Notes under the pieces: generated by a model | Databases searched by the model: none | What the model saw: only the letters and a program-made list of their open reading frames with translations | Told to the model about the DNA's origin: nothing | Part shown: piece after piece, positions 25,001 through 36,077 of the stretch | Numbering within the stretch: position 1 is the first letter of the stretch | Layout of the letters: each line of letters opens with the position of its first letter | Assembly: GCA_024704765.1 (NCBI GenBank) | Contig: JAKMXF010000011.1 | Coordinates: 479,557-543,556, forward strand | Length of the DNA stretch: 64,000 nucleotides | Direction of reading: 5' to 3' | Source of the DNA: Oopsacas minuta | Lineage: Eukaryota > Animalia > Porifera | Position numbers and translations under genes: made by a program

Positions 25001-27663
25001 TTGACCGTAACCCCAATTTGTGTACGTTACTGCACTTCCCTTGTCCCATTCATATTCATTTTCATTTTCTATGTCATTAAATCCTATCCAGCAATTTGTG
25101 TGTGTTTGATCATCTGCAATGCTGTACATAACAGCATTCTCAAGGCTGGAATATATTGAGGCTATTGTCTGGTCATCTGCATAGCATAAACGTTTAGCAT
25201 TTTCCCAATCGACCGCCGTACTTACTTGCACATAGTTAAAACACTTTCCAGTGCTAGATATTGCATCACATCCTTTCAAATCAGGAATTAGAGTGTTTGG
25301 AGCTACAAAGAATAATCAAATAATATCTGTATTGAAATATCAAATGTTCTATGACGTAATAATTACCTATGTAAATGCATATAAAATGTAAAATCCGTGG
25401 CTATGGGAATTCACATGGGAATGGAAATCATTTCTGGCTATGGGAATTTCCATGTATTCTCTGTACTAAGCCAAGTGCATTCTATTTGAGATGAATAAAT
25501 TCATTTATCAGGGTTACCATCGGGATGGGAATTAAAATTCCGTACCCACGGCAGCCCTGCGTATATTTCATAGTTTATCTGCTCACAAGAATTTTTGTAT
25601 TATAAACTTTTTACCCAAAATATTATTCTTTCTAAATATTAATGTAATATATACCTTTTTGTATGCAGAAGAAGCAAACATACTCCCAAGTGCAAAGACG
25701 ATCATACCAAAATCCGTTATTTCTAATTGTCGTACAGTCATGATTTGTATTGCTGGGCTCAGTACTATGCCAATTGGTATATTCACTAGGATTTCCATCT
25801 ACCCAGGTATAAGCGGTAGCACCGATATTGTTATATCCTATCCAACATCTATAAACAGCAGAACTGACGAAGTCAGTAAACTTTGTATTCTCTGCAACTG
25901 AAGATATGGAGGCTAGATCTCCCCCATTTGCTTCACAAATTGATTGAGCATTCGCCCAATTTATTCCCTGATCTTCAAACACATAGGTTACACATCTTCC
26001 ATCATCAGAGATTATGTCACAGTCACTTCCTGATACTACAAAATAAAACAAAATTTAATTAGTAATAATTGTGCTGAACTCATATTTATTCAAACTGTAC
26101 ATGTAACTTTATCCATATTACCCAATTCCCGAGCATTCGTTGATTCATTCTGGTTTAAGTAGACAAATTTAAGGACTTTTCTTACCAGCAACCTAGGTTA
26201 CTACATAGAAATATTACAGCTACCTAGGTGCTAGATGCCCTTCAGCAAATATCTAGTGACGTGAATCATGGGTTGCTGGTTAGATAAATCCTTAATGAAG
26301 TAATCAGAATTATTCGAATAATTCAAATTATACTAAAATATTCAGTTTTTAGGGAATTAAGAATTTTGGAAAATATTTTGTACAAAGAATCTAAATAGGT
26401 TTTCATTTTCATAAAATTTGATTAATAGGATGAGAAAATTGGTAATTTTAGAAAGCAGGGGCCAATGGTAAGCTTTTAAACTGGTGTGTCTGCACCTGTT
26501 TGCGCGTAGTAGTAACTGCTATTTGGTTGGCACCGACCTCAGAATACGAATAATATTTGTGAATATAATTATATTTATTTCCTAATTCCCATTTTTCAAT
26601 GAATAAGTCAACTTAGGTCAGTGGTTCCAACCTTTTCTGTTAGTGGACCCCATATGCCAATATAAACGCATCCTGTTGACCCATCCATAGACTGCAATAG
26701 ATCCTGAGGTCCCCCTCTTTGTCGTTCGTGGACCCCTGGTTAGGAACCGATGAGTTAGGTAGTATAACTATTGTGTTTCTAAGATCCACATACGATTTGG
26801 ATATTCTGAAAACGTGTTATAGATACTTTGCAATAATATTGATCTTATCTGATCAATTTCAAATTCACAATAGAAATTTTCATCCAATTATTCAGATCAG
26901 GCGACTATTCGAGCAAATACTTATGCATTGTAATCAACTTACATAGTGTATCACATTCAATATAGACATGTTCATCATCACCACAGTGACCTGTATCAAA
27001 GCTAGAGTAGGCTCTGTATGAACATTCAAGTATATTGGTCTCACTACCAGGACACCCTAAGTTAACAATTCTGTAATTTGTATCCGAGTCATACCGAGCT
27101 AATTCAACAAATACTGCCCAGCGATATCCTAATATACGACATATCACATCTCCATTATACTCACTCCAGCTATCGTCACAGATAGGTCCCCAGGCTCCTT
27201 CAAAATAGGCTTCTACGATACCATAGAATCCACTTGTCAGTCTTATGTCTCCTTCATCTGTAGTATAATTTGAAATAATTTTAAATTTTACAATGTGACA
27301 TGTAAATAGTGTCGGATTATTCAGGCGAATTTGCATTATAGGAAGATGATATAATACACTGTACAGTTAACTCCCTTTATATCGAAGCTCAAGAGACCGC
27401 GATAATTGCTTCAATATCCACGGAGTTCGATCTAACTGATGAAATATGTTACTTTGACGCTTTGGGACAATATTGGTACAATTTCATACTTCGATTTAAC
27501 GGGAGATAACTGTTTGTAATAATTTTATTAGAATAACAAAACAATCTATATATGCGAAGCCAGTTAATTATTTATTAAAACATATACCTGCCTCACAAGA
27601 AGATCCAGAGATTCGCTGAATAACCAAAATTAGAAACAAAAATATCAAAATACACACTTTCAT
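13095..27663 (-). CDS. 26-exon single-pass receptor: signal peptide-SRCR-CTLD-CTLD-IgA-IgA-CTLD-(IgA-B-C)x6-FN3-TM-short tail, about 2,521 aa
   Basis: Exons read by hand, all bounded by AG/GT and all phase 1: 27663-27588 (signal peptide MKVCILIFLFLILVIQRISG), 27257-26943 (SRCR, AWGPICDDSW), 26035-25655, 25302-24892 (CTLD), 24756-24454, 23926-23627, 23129-22722 (CTLD), 22639-22334, 22029-21790, 21274-21008, 20539-20234, 19917-19669, 19003-18740, 18664-18368, 18245-18003, 17671-17402, 17218-16916, 16741-16490, 16373-16104, 15857-15555, 15295-15047, 14977-14708, 14637-14347, 14229-13975, 13893-13618, 13555-13095 (FN3 + TM). Internal exon lengths are all multiples of 3 and I found no stops. The total of 7,566 nt is divisible by 3. 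Confidence 0.85.
19150..19430 (+). repeat. Intronic relative of the Helitron-like repeat at 29680-30114
   Basis: Shared TTTGTCCGTTG..AAGGAA and ATGCTGAATCCGA.T..CAC blocks. Confidence 0.5.
26619..26752. mobile_element. hAT (Charlie-like) MITE in a receptor intron
   Basis: TIRs CAGTGGTTCCAACC / GGTTAGGAACCGATG. Flanks ACTTAGGT / AGTTAGGT match at 7 of 8 bases. Confidence 0.7.
27364..27512. mobile_element. pogo/Tigger-like MITE in a receptor intron
   Basis: TA|CAGTTAACTCCCTTTATATCGAAG ... CTTCGATTTAACGGGAGATAACTG. Confidence 0.65.
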
Positions 27664-29224
27664 TTTAAAACAATAATATTACATTTATGAATATGAATGT
27701 AGAGTTATGAATTTGTGTAAATAAGAATTTGATTTATTATATATCTACAGATGTGTCAGGTTACACTGACTCATGAAATACTTTTCAAATATGATGAATT
27801 CTGGATCATCATTGCCATACACGACACATTTGCATTTATTCATTATCACAACTGATAGAGAGTAAGTGTGTCTACATATACAGATGTTTAAGAATTGGAT
27901 GAATAAGTTCAGCTATATTAAGTTCAATTATAATACATTGCTAAATGCATCAATCAGACAATTAAGGTATCTTTGGATAAATATTGCTGTTTGCCACATT
28001 TGTAATTCCAGACGTCAGGAGGCAAATTTAGTCATTGTAGAAGGAATATTTTATGATTGTTTTATGATCTGTAGCATATTCTGAGCCAGAATACATCGAG
28101 AGGGCCAAATGGGCAAAAATGAGGTTTTGGGTGGAGCTGCATTAGTGCGAATTTGGAGTGTTGGCATTAGTTTTACTCAATTTTTGGAGAATAGACTTTA
28201 AAATATAATCCACTACAATATAGAGAAGTTATTCTCGGAGCCTAAGGTCTTGATAGCAAAATCCTAAGACTCTAGTGGTCCAACATTTTTCTGAGGCCCC
28301 TGGCGTCCCAGCTCCAAATTTTGTCCCAGGATCCGATAGTTACAAATGCAAATTGAATTGTATATTTCTACAAAAAATCACCGTGAATAAGGGCAGACAG
28401 TTGAAAGTGAATAATTAATCCAATAAAGAGTCCTATCACGTTCCCGTTTCTAAAATCCCTTATTCTATCATTATCTCCTTTATTCCCATAAATATCTCCT
28501 TTTTAATGCCATTTCATATTTTTCTAACACTGAATACTTCCTTAAATTTCTAAAAAACCTACACAATCATTTTAAACCCAAAAATCCAACCATCATCTAT
28601 ATAGGTGTGAAATAGTACAAAATAGTACAGTAAATGTAAGTCTAAATGTAGGGTCCTAAAGCGAAATTACACTCTAGGACCCTATGGTCTTAAGAATGAT
28701 GCAGGACACTAGGGTCCTATATATAATTTCCCTACTATATATATGTCCAATCTATTAGAGAAAACAAGAATAAGTAAATATTTAGGCCAGAGTCACTATT
28801 TGGATAGCAGTGATGGATTTTATAGCATTATCGTTGGATCTGGCCCTGAAAATTCGCTGGAAGTTTTTGGCATACCTATGTGTTACCAATCTTTAGAGTT
28901 ATCTTTCTCTAAGTATTGCCCTTCCAATGCGGATACCATTTTAAGACAACATTTTTGACGATCTTCTCTCTCTATTATTTTTGTATAGTGTAGATATATA
29001 TTGGGGAATTATTATATATGTTTTTCATTCTCAAGGGTACCAAAAGTAAGAAATTTCTATTTTAGTTATGTCGATCTTTTAATTAACTACATGGTCGAAA
29101 ATATTTCTAAATTCAATTCTACACATCACCCTTATCCAATTTATTGGCTTTATTGCTTACATGATCTAAATTGCCTCTAATAGTAGTTATAATCTGTTTG
29201 ATTCCACTCGACATTTAGTTTATT

Positions 29225-29670
29225 TTGTTCATTTTATTGTTTTTGGCTTCTCTAGTTTGTAAAAATTCTCCTGAAAAGTTTTGTTATATTTGTGGGAGGT
29301 ATACTACAGCTGACCAACGACAAAATATCACAAAGGCTGTAGAACGCTGTTATTTCGCTTATTTTGGATGCCATCTTGGGGATCAAGATAAGCCGTGGGC
29401 TCCACACAATGCCTGAAAGACGCTTGTGGTATGCTGGGAAGAGAAATATAATCCCGTTTGCGGTTCCAATGATATGGAGAGAATCAATGTGTCTTCTTTC
29501 GGATTGTTATTTCTGTATGACGAAAATTGATGGTATCACAAAAAAGAATAAATCCACTATTGCGTATCCAGACGTACCGTCCGCCATTAGGCCAGTTCCA
29601 CATTCAGAGGACCTATCTGTACCAGTTCCATTGGAAATATTGGACATTTGCAGTGACAATGATAGTAGTG
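29225..29670 (+). pseudogene. N-terminal remnant of a Chapaev3-like transposase
   Basis: CKNSPEKFCYICG...YFGCHLGDQDKPWAPH, then a frameshift into PFAVPMIWRE...DCYFC...YPDVPSAIRPVPHS. Homologous to the 32556-33000 transposase. Truncated by a downstream repeat. Confidence 0.75.
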
Positions 29671-29679
29671 GAGATACTA

Positions 29680-30114
29680 TCATTGTCGCTGCTATCTGTT
29701 TGTCTGTTTGTCTGTCTGTCCGTTTGTCCGTTGCTAAGGAAGCTGAAATGGAATGTGGAATTCGTATTTGCAAAAATGTTTGTATCTATATATCTATGGT
29801 GTTAATCAGGAAAATATACAAATTTCATAAATTTGACTAAAGGTTAGCGAATATGCTGAATCCGAATCACACTTATGGATTTGTCATATACAAATTAAAG
29901 TTGTTTATATGAATATAAAGTAAACAAAAAGTAAACAAAAAGTAAACAAATTTCAAAATTATCCTAGAAACGTGGTTTCAACGGTTATTGTGGGGTAATC
30001 GGGTACGCTGATTCCGAATATCACACAAACGAATAGTCCTAAGCGAGGGCCGAAGGTCGAGTACGGACACGAAGTGTTAGAATCCGCGTAGCGCAAGGAA
30101 GTATAGTGCACTAG
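29680..30114 (+). mobile_element. Non-autonomous Helitron-like element
   Basis: A|TC start, a (TCTG/TTTG)n microsatellite near the 5' end, and a GC-rich 3' region ending CTAG|T at 30111-30115. Confidence 0.5.
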
Positions 30115-30439
30115 TGATAGTTAATATTAGTATGATTTAGTGGGTAATAAACATAAATGTATGTTTAATTTCATATATTAAATCGCATATTGGTGCAATC
30201 TTCCAACCAGAAAATTACAAATTCTAGACCTGTTGTGAATACATACTTAACTCATTCATAAACAATCCCTTCAAATTCTTCAATTTCAGGTATTTTTATG
30301 TAATCATCAAAAACTTTTTACAATTTTGTATATCAGTGTAATCAAACATATTGTCTTAAGTCATTAATAATCTTCTTTGTAAATAATTGCACATTTATTA
30401 TAATTTTATAGAGAAGTAGAATAAATTATAAGTTAAGTG

Positions 30440-31339
30440 TTGAAAATGACCATATATGGTATTAATGATGACTGCGCATTATTCTTTAGAGATATCACAC
30501 TATAATGTATTATTAGGGTATGGGAAGTCGAGTATATACTATATGTGTGTAAGTAGGTTTGGCCGTAACATTGAAGGATGTCAAGTTATGAATGAATATT
30601 GGCTCAAATATGCCACCCACGGTCACTACTATAACTCTGGAACGCGGGAACTTTATATTGACAAAAATTTGATATTTTGTACAGCAATATCCGTATATTC
30701 CATGGTAAAATTTTGAAACACCGTAAATATATTAACTTCCTCTCTACGTAGTTTCAAAAGAGGAGCATTTTTGTGACATATTTGCTAACTAAGCAAACAG
30801 ATGACGTCATTTTGGCCTCAAAATAGTTTGTAGATGTAGACTGTGAGTAATGTCAAATATCAATAATATATATATTCGGGCCAAAGTGTACCGTTTAAAT
30901 TTTATCGCAACTAATATATCTCAATTATTTCCTTAGAACTGACTTACCCAATCCCTGGTCCAAGTCCATTAATCAGCACCATTGCCTTAGTGCAGGGTTT
31001 CTTAACCGGGGGTCCATACCGTCGAGCAGAAAAGGAGTTTCATGTACTTTGCAAACTTTGCATTCTTTTATATAAGAAATATTTTTTCTCGCAATTATCA
31101 TAACATACTAATTCTGAATCATACAAATTTTACTAATATACTAAATATCTAGTAATTCATAAGACCATAGTTTTCTTCAGATTTATCATGCGAGCGAATA
31201 AGAAAATTGTGCCAACTTAACGCATTATTTAGTTTGTACAGTTTCTGGACAGGGGTCCATAGCTTTCACTAGATCTTCATAGGGGGTCCTTCACTTCAAA
31301 AAGGTTAAGAACCCCTGCCTTAGTGTATAGAATGCTATG
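30440..31339 (-). repeat. Right terminal inverted repeat (R) interrupted by a hAT MITE
   Basis: Reverse complement of 8172-8736 once 30993-31325 is removed (567 bp versus 565 bp). Confidence 0.95.
30993..31317. mobile_element. hAT MITE (325 bp) with perfect 8-bp TSD
   Basis: TIRs CAGGGTTTCTTAACC / GGTTAAGAACCCCTG. TSD CCTTAGTG at 30985-30992 and 31318-31325. The empty site is visible in R' at 9254-9261. Confidence 0.95.
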
Positions 31340-31489
31340 TCTCAACTAATAATTTAAGCTATATAAATGAAGGAATCATGATCTTAGTGTATAAGTGTAG
31401 GTTGTGAATCAGATGCTATCAATTTTGAATCACTGTAGGATTTCAGTTAAAGTTATACGAGTATCATACCACATGATTATTCTAACAGC

Positions 31490-31491
<2 letters not shown>

Positions 31492-31548
<57 letters not shown>
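31492..31548. repeat. (ATT)n microsatellite, about 19 units
   Basis: Direct reading. A shorter (ATT)n tract lies at about 31992-32018. Confidence 0.95.
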
Positions 31549-31551
<3 letters not shown>

Positions 31552-32208
31552 AAAGAGTATATGTAGATTTAATAGTAGTAGACAATAACATAATTTGTTT
31601 CGCTGGCTATTTATCCAGCTCATCAGTACAAACACAACTATAGTACTAAATATAACTGATTGCTGCTATTCTAAGGTTTGAAGGAACATTCTAGATTTCT
31701 GAGTAACATAGGATGATAAAGCGTATATGAGCTTACTAATATTATTTATGGGAGTTACTATATAAAGTGGATTTGAGCAATGGCGGTTTGTGAAAAAGCT
31801 GATTGCTGACAGGCTACGTAATCATGTTTGGTTTAGAGATGATCATTTGAATTTTCTGAACTAGTATATTCTAAATCTGTTGTAATTGTGGTATTGATTG
31901 TGACATCTGGAGTATTATCGGGTTCTTCGTTAGGTGGTTGACTAATAGTTTCGTAGAAAGGTTCTTGAATCGTAAAGATTTGTTGTATACTACTATTATT
32001 ATTATTATTATTATTATTAACAATACTACGGTAGTACAGTGACCAAACTCTGCTGAATAAGTACAACAGTGTACTTTAGAAATTTTAAAATCCATTCCGG
32101 AGTTACATCACCATGCTCAGTATGTATTTTACACTACGTATTAAGTAAACACGCGAATCTAGGTTAATAAATTATCTCGATATATAGATATATATAGATA
32201 TATATACA

Positions 32209-34565
32209 CAGTGGAACCGGCATAATCCGACAGTGTTTCTGACCTGGAATAGCTTATGACAATACAAATTCGCCTGTATAACACAGGTCAACAAGGTTTT
32301 TTCATCACAGAGCATATATGATTTTTCTAACGTGATTTTTTGTCCTGATTTCAAATCTGCTCTCCGTTATCTATCACGTGTAGCTTTTTCATAAAATCCA
32401 ACCATATTATTCCATTATTTTCAATAATATAATTCTAAATATTTTAAAATTTTACAATAGCAAAGTAACACAATTAGTATATTCATGGAATATATCCCAA
32501 TTTACTAGCTCTATATATTTTCTCTTTTTTGAATCAATCAATCTGGTTTCTCATAATGCATCGCAGATGTATCAATACACCAGACAGTTTTTGCTATGTT
32601 TGTGGCTCCTTTTGTTTAAAATCACAACGACGTACCATAACCAATGACCTCAAGAGAATATATAGCCAGTATTTTGATTGTCCTTTAGGTGATCAAGATA
32701 AGATGTGGGCGCCTCATGTGATTTGTTCTGCTTGTTCTAGTGGCTTACGTGATTGGGTGAACAAAAGAAAACTTCAATGCCTTTTGCAATACCAATGGTT
32801 TGGAGGGAACCAAAGAATCACTACGATGATTGCTATTTTGTATCGTAAATACCACTGGGTTTTCGATGAAAAATAAACATAAAATAATTTACCCAGATTT
32901 GGAATCTGCTCGCAGACCAGTTTCTCACAATGTCTCCTTGCCTATCCCCACTCCTACGTTATATGAATTTGATTCTCTTTCTGATGATGTAGATACTTTG
33001 TCATATTCAATGGACGACTCTTCTATTGGTTCAGAATACGTCACGGAAGATAGTAATTTAGCGCCCCAAACCTTCACACAAGGTGAATTGAATGACCTTG
33101 TCAGGGATCTTGATCTGTCGAAGGAAAAAGCAGAACTTCTTGCATCAAGGCTTCAACAAAAGAATTTACTCAACAAGAATGTTATAGTGTCCCACTACCG
33201 TAAAAGAAATTTTTGATTTGGCTCAATATTTTACAGTTGATGGTCCTCTCTATTATTCTAATGATATTGACGGGCTGTTTTCTAGTTTGACACAGGAACA
33301 TTCATCTTCTGATTGGAGCCTAAATATTGATCCATCGAAACGTAGCTTGAAAGCCGTTTTATTGCATAACGGAAATATAAATTCTGAAATTCAATTGCTC
33401 ACTCTGTACATCTTAAAGAGTCCTATATAAACCTGGAAGAGGTTTTGGTTGCGTTCAAATATAGAACACACAGGTGGAATATGTGTAGGGATCTTAAGGT
33501 CATTGGTCTGTTAATGGGATTGCAACAAAGATTTACCAAATATTATTGCTTTCTTTGTTTATGAGACAGTCGTGCAACAATAGATCATTACAAAAAGCGT
33601 GATTGATCAAGAGAACAAATTATGAAGTAGGAACATCCAACATTGAATATACATCATGGGTAGATCCTATTAATATCTTTTTGCCACCACTTCATATAAA
33701 ACTCGGATTGATGAAAACTTTCGTCAAAACAATGAGTAAAACAAATTCTACAGGGTTTCGCTATATTATTGAGAAATTTCTCAAACTAAGTGTGGTAAGC
33801 TTAAAGGGGTGCATTCATTGGACCACAAATTAGGGAAGTTCTTAAGGATGGAGAGTTTGACAATATACTTTCCGCTAAGGAATTCACAGCTTGGAAATCT
33901 TTCAAATGGATTTGTGAAAACTTTTTAGGTAATATGTAGTCAACAGAGTATATAGAGGGAGTAAAAAACTTAATTCAATCATATGAAAACATGGGATGCC
34001 GTATGTCACTGAAATTACACTTTTTGTACTCCCATCCTGATTTTTTCCAGAAAACCTTGGTGCTGTAAGCGATGGACAGGGCGAACGATTTCATCAAGAC
34101 ATTCTCAGAATGGAAAATCGATATCAAGGTTTCTGGAATGACAGTATGATGGCGGACTATTGCTGGATGTTATACAGGGATGAACCCGATAGAGTTCACC
34201 AAAGAAATTCTTACTCTCAACGTTTTTGACGTCTTAAATATTTTCTTTTTGTTTATTCAACTTATATATCTCACAAATGTGAAAATTTTCAATTTCCTAT
34301 TGCAAGATAGTTAGATTCTAATTTGATACTCAATTAATTATTGAATTATTCACATTGAGTTCGAAAAATTCAAGCTAGAATATAAAACATGTATACGTGT
34401 TAGAGAGGAATGAATGGCAGATTTGAAATCAGCACAAAAAGGTAGTCAAGAAAAATACCCATTTTTGCTTGATGAGAATAAGAAGTGAAATTTGTTGACC
34501 TGTGTAATCTGACAATTTTTGAACTGTCATGTCTCAACGAGTGTCGGTTTATGCAGGTTCCACTG
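32209..34565. mobile_element. pogo-like MITE split by the Chapaev3-like insertion
   Basis: Left end CAGTGGAACCGGCATAATCCGACA at 32209; right end TGTCGGTTTATGCAGGTTCCACTG|TA at 34565. Confidence 0.75.
32282..34504 (+). mobile_element. Chapaev3-like (CMC) DNA transposon, 2,223 bp, with inactivated transposase (about 32556-34229)
   Basis: 13-bp TIR CACAGGTCAACAA / TTGTTGACCTGTG and a 3-bp TSD TAA on both sides. Transposase fragments CINTPDSFCYVCG, GDQDKMWAPHVIC, SKRSLKAVLLHNGN, LPPLHIKLGLMKTFVK and GERFHQDI carry several frameshifts and stops. The family assignment rests on recalled motifs and the TWA TSD. Confidence 0.8.
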
Positions 34566-34576
34566 TAGTAGTACTA

Positions 34577-34577
34577 G

Positions 34578-34633
<56 letters not shown>
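34577..34633. repeat. (TTG)n microsatellite, about 19 units
   Basis: Direct reading. It produces the spurious poly-Cys ORF 34519-34734. Confidence 0.95.
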
Positions 34634-34634
<1 letters not shown>

Positions 34635-34849
34635 TTGTATGCCAGGAGATTGTATATTGATATTAGTTCATCCTATAAGAAAGCTGGACAATTCATCTTT
34701 TTTGGCATTTCTAAACAGGACAATATATATATGAGATAGAAAAGTGAGTTTCTAAGAATGAACTCACAAGGCACTCTGTTACAAATCAACCGGTGATACT
34801 CGTAGCAATTGAAACCGCGAAATACTCTTATTGATAAAATATTATTCAA

Positions 34850-35250
34850 TAATATTAATAAAAATAATTATGTCCATTGCCTAAGTCTGGACATAGATAA
34901 TATAAATAGAATAATAATAAAATATAATATATCACCAATGTTCTTTATCATCACATTGATCACTATATTCCGTAACAACATTCCATAACATTGCCTTTCT
35001 AACTTTATCCCCCCTTACCCTCTCCCAATTCTTCCTAGCCTCCTCCCATTTCCTCTTCGCCCGTCTGATCTAGGCCTCTCTCTTACCTCCCTAGTTATCT
35101 CTTTAATTAACTCTTCCCGTTCTTCTCTAAACCTCTGGCGCTTCTCCCTGATTTCGTGATTCACTTCTAGCAATTGGTCACTGCTCACCTTAACTTTCTC
35201 CTCCATATTATCAATTTCATCTTTCGTTTAGTTTAAACTTCCGTTAGCAA
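34850..35250 (-). pseudogene. Second frameshifted copy of the small coiled-coil + hydrophobic-tail ORF
   Basis: 34910-35190 aligns with 6675-6960 (DQLLE.NHEI; WEEARKNWERVRG; GDILYFIII). An extra G in the G-run at about 35010 shifts the frame. Confidence 0.55.
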
Positions 35251-35399
35251 TCATAGGAAATGGAAGATAAATCGGATATACTGTCGTGATATTTTACCCC
35301 CAAAACTGTACGGGAAAAGAGGTAACATAACCAGGGATATCAATACAATTCAATACAATGGGACTTCAAATATTGAGCACTCGATATTAGATTTCTTCA

Positions 35400-35900
35400 T
35401 TCGATACTTGTTATATGTTCAGAATTGATCGAAGAAACTGGTAGACCACCAGGGCTGATTGTTGGCATACAGGGGTATTTTGGGTCTGGGGCGGACTAGT
35501 TGAGTCTTGGACGAAAATTCACACCTGACGAAATTATGACGTCATTGTCACTGTTCTGGATTTTCAAAAGACCAGATTATTAGCCACTGCTCAGCCAATA
35601 TACATGTTAGAAATTTGGAAATTAAATAATATGTGCCACTACACATGTCAAATGTCATGACGTCACGATTTTGAAAATGCCCCCTCATCACGAATGAATT
35701 CTTCATTATCACTATAAAAATATCAAATTTTCCAAATTTCGTGTATATTTAGGTTTCATAATACTCAGGGCGCCCAAATTACTAACCAAAAGCCACGTAT
35801 CAGCTACAATACTACTACAGTAACTATATGTAATTTGGATGGACCATGAATAATTAAAAATACAAATTTTCAACTTGAGGCACATAGTGCTGAGTATATT
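35400..35900 (+). repeat. Partial copy of the Helitron-like family (also 48570-48740, 61267-61926, and a fragment at about 7180-7240)
   Basis: Shared GAATTGAT.GAAGAAACTGG...CCAGGGCT...GGCATACAG.GGTA...GAGTCTTGGACGA.AATT and GAGGCACATAGTGCTGAGTAT blocks. Confidence 0.75.
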
Positions 35901-36077
35901 ATAAAATATAAACAATCCATAAAATAAACTTAGATCACATCCAAAATAATTACATAATTATGAAAAATAACATGAAGATACAAACAACCCCGGTTAATCC
36001 TATCAGAACAAATAAAATTAATACTGATAAATTCAATTACTAAATCAGCAATAGTGTTTGCATAGAGATAGTAATAT

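Larger units (their letters stand above)
8172..31339. mobile_element. Putative giant (23,168 bp) P-superfamily composite, non-autonomous transposon carrying host genes
   Basis: TCTCAAC at 8165-8171 is followed by CATAGCATTCTATACACTAAGG. CCTTAGTGTATAGAATGCTATG ends at 31339 and is followed by TCTCAAC at 31340-31346. About 565-bp inverted repeats at 8172-8736 and 30440-31339 (the latter interrupted by a MITE). CANRG termini with a 7-8 bp TSD are characteristic of the P superfamily. No P/THAP9 transposase is seen inside. Confidence 0.7.

Noticed and set aside
13095-27336. Treating the roughly 20 separate ORF-track entries as independent small genes
   Set aside because: Each coincides with an AG/GT-bounded phase-1 exon, and together they splice into one continuous frame.
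34519-34734. Poly-cysteine ORF as a metallothionein-like peptide
   Set aside because: It is a translation of the (TTG)n microsatellite, with a TTG start.
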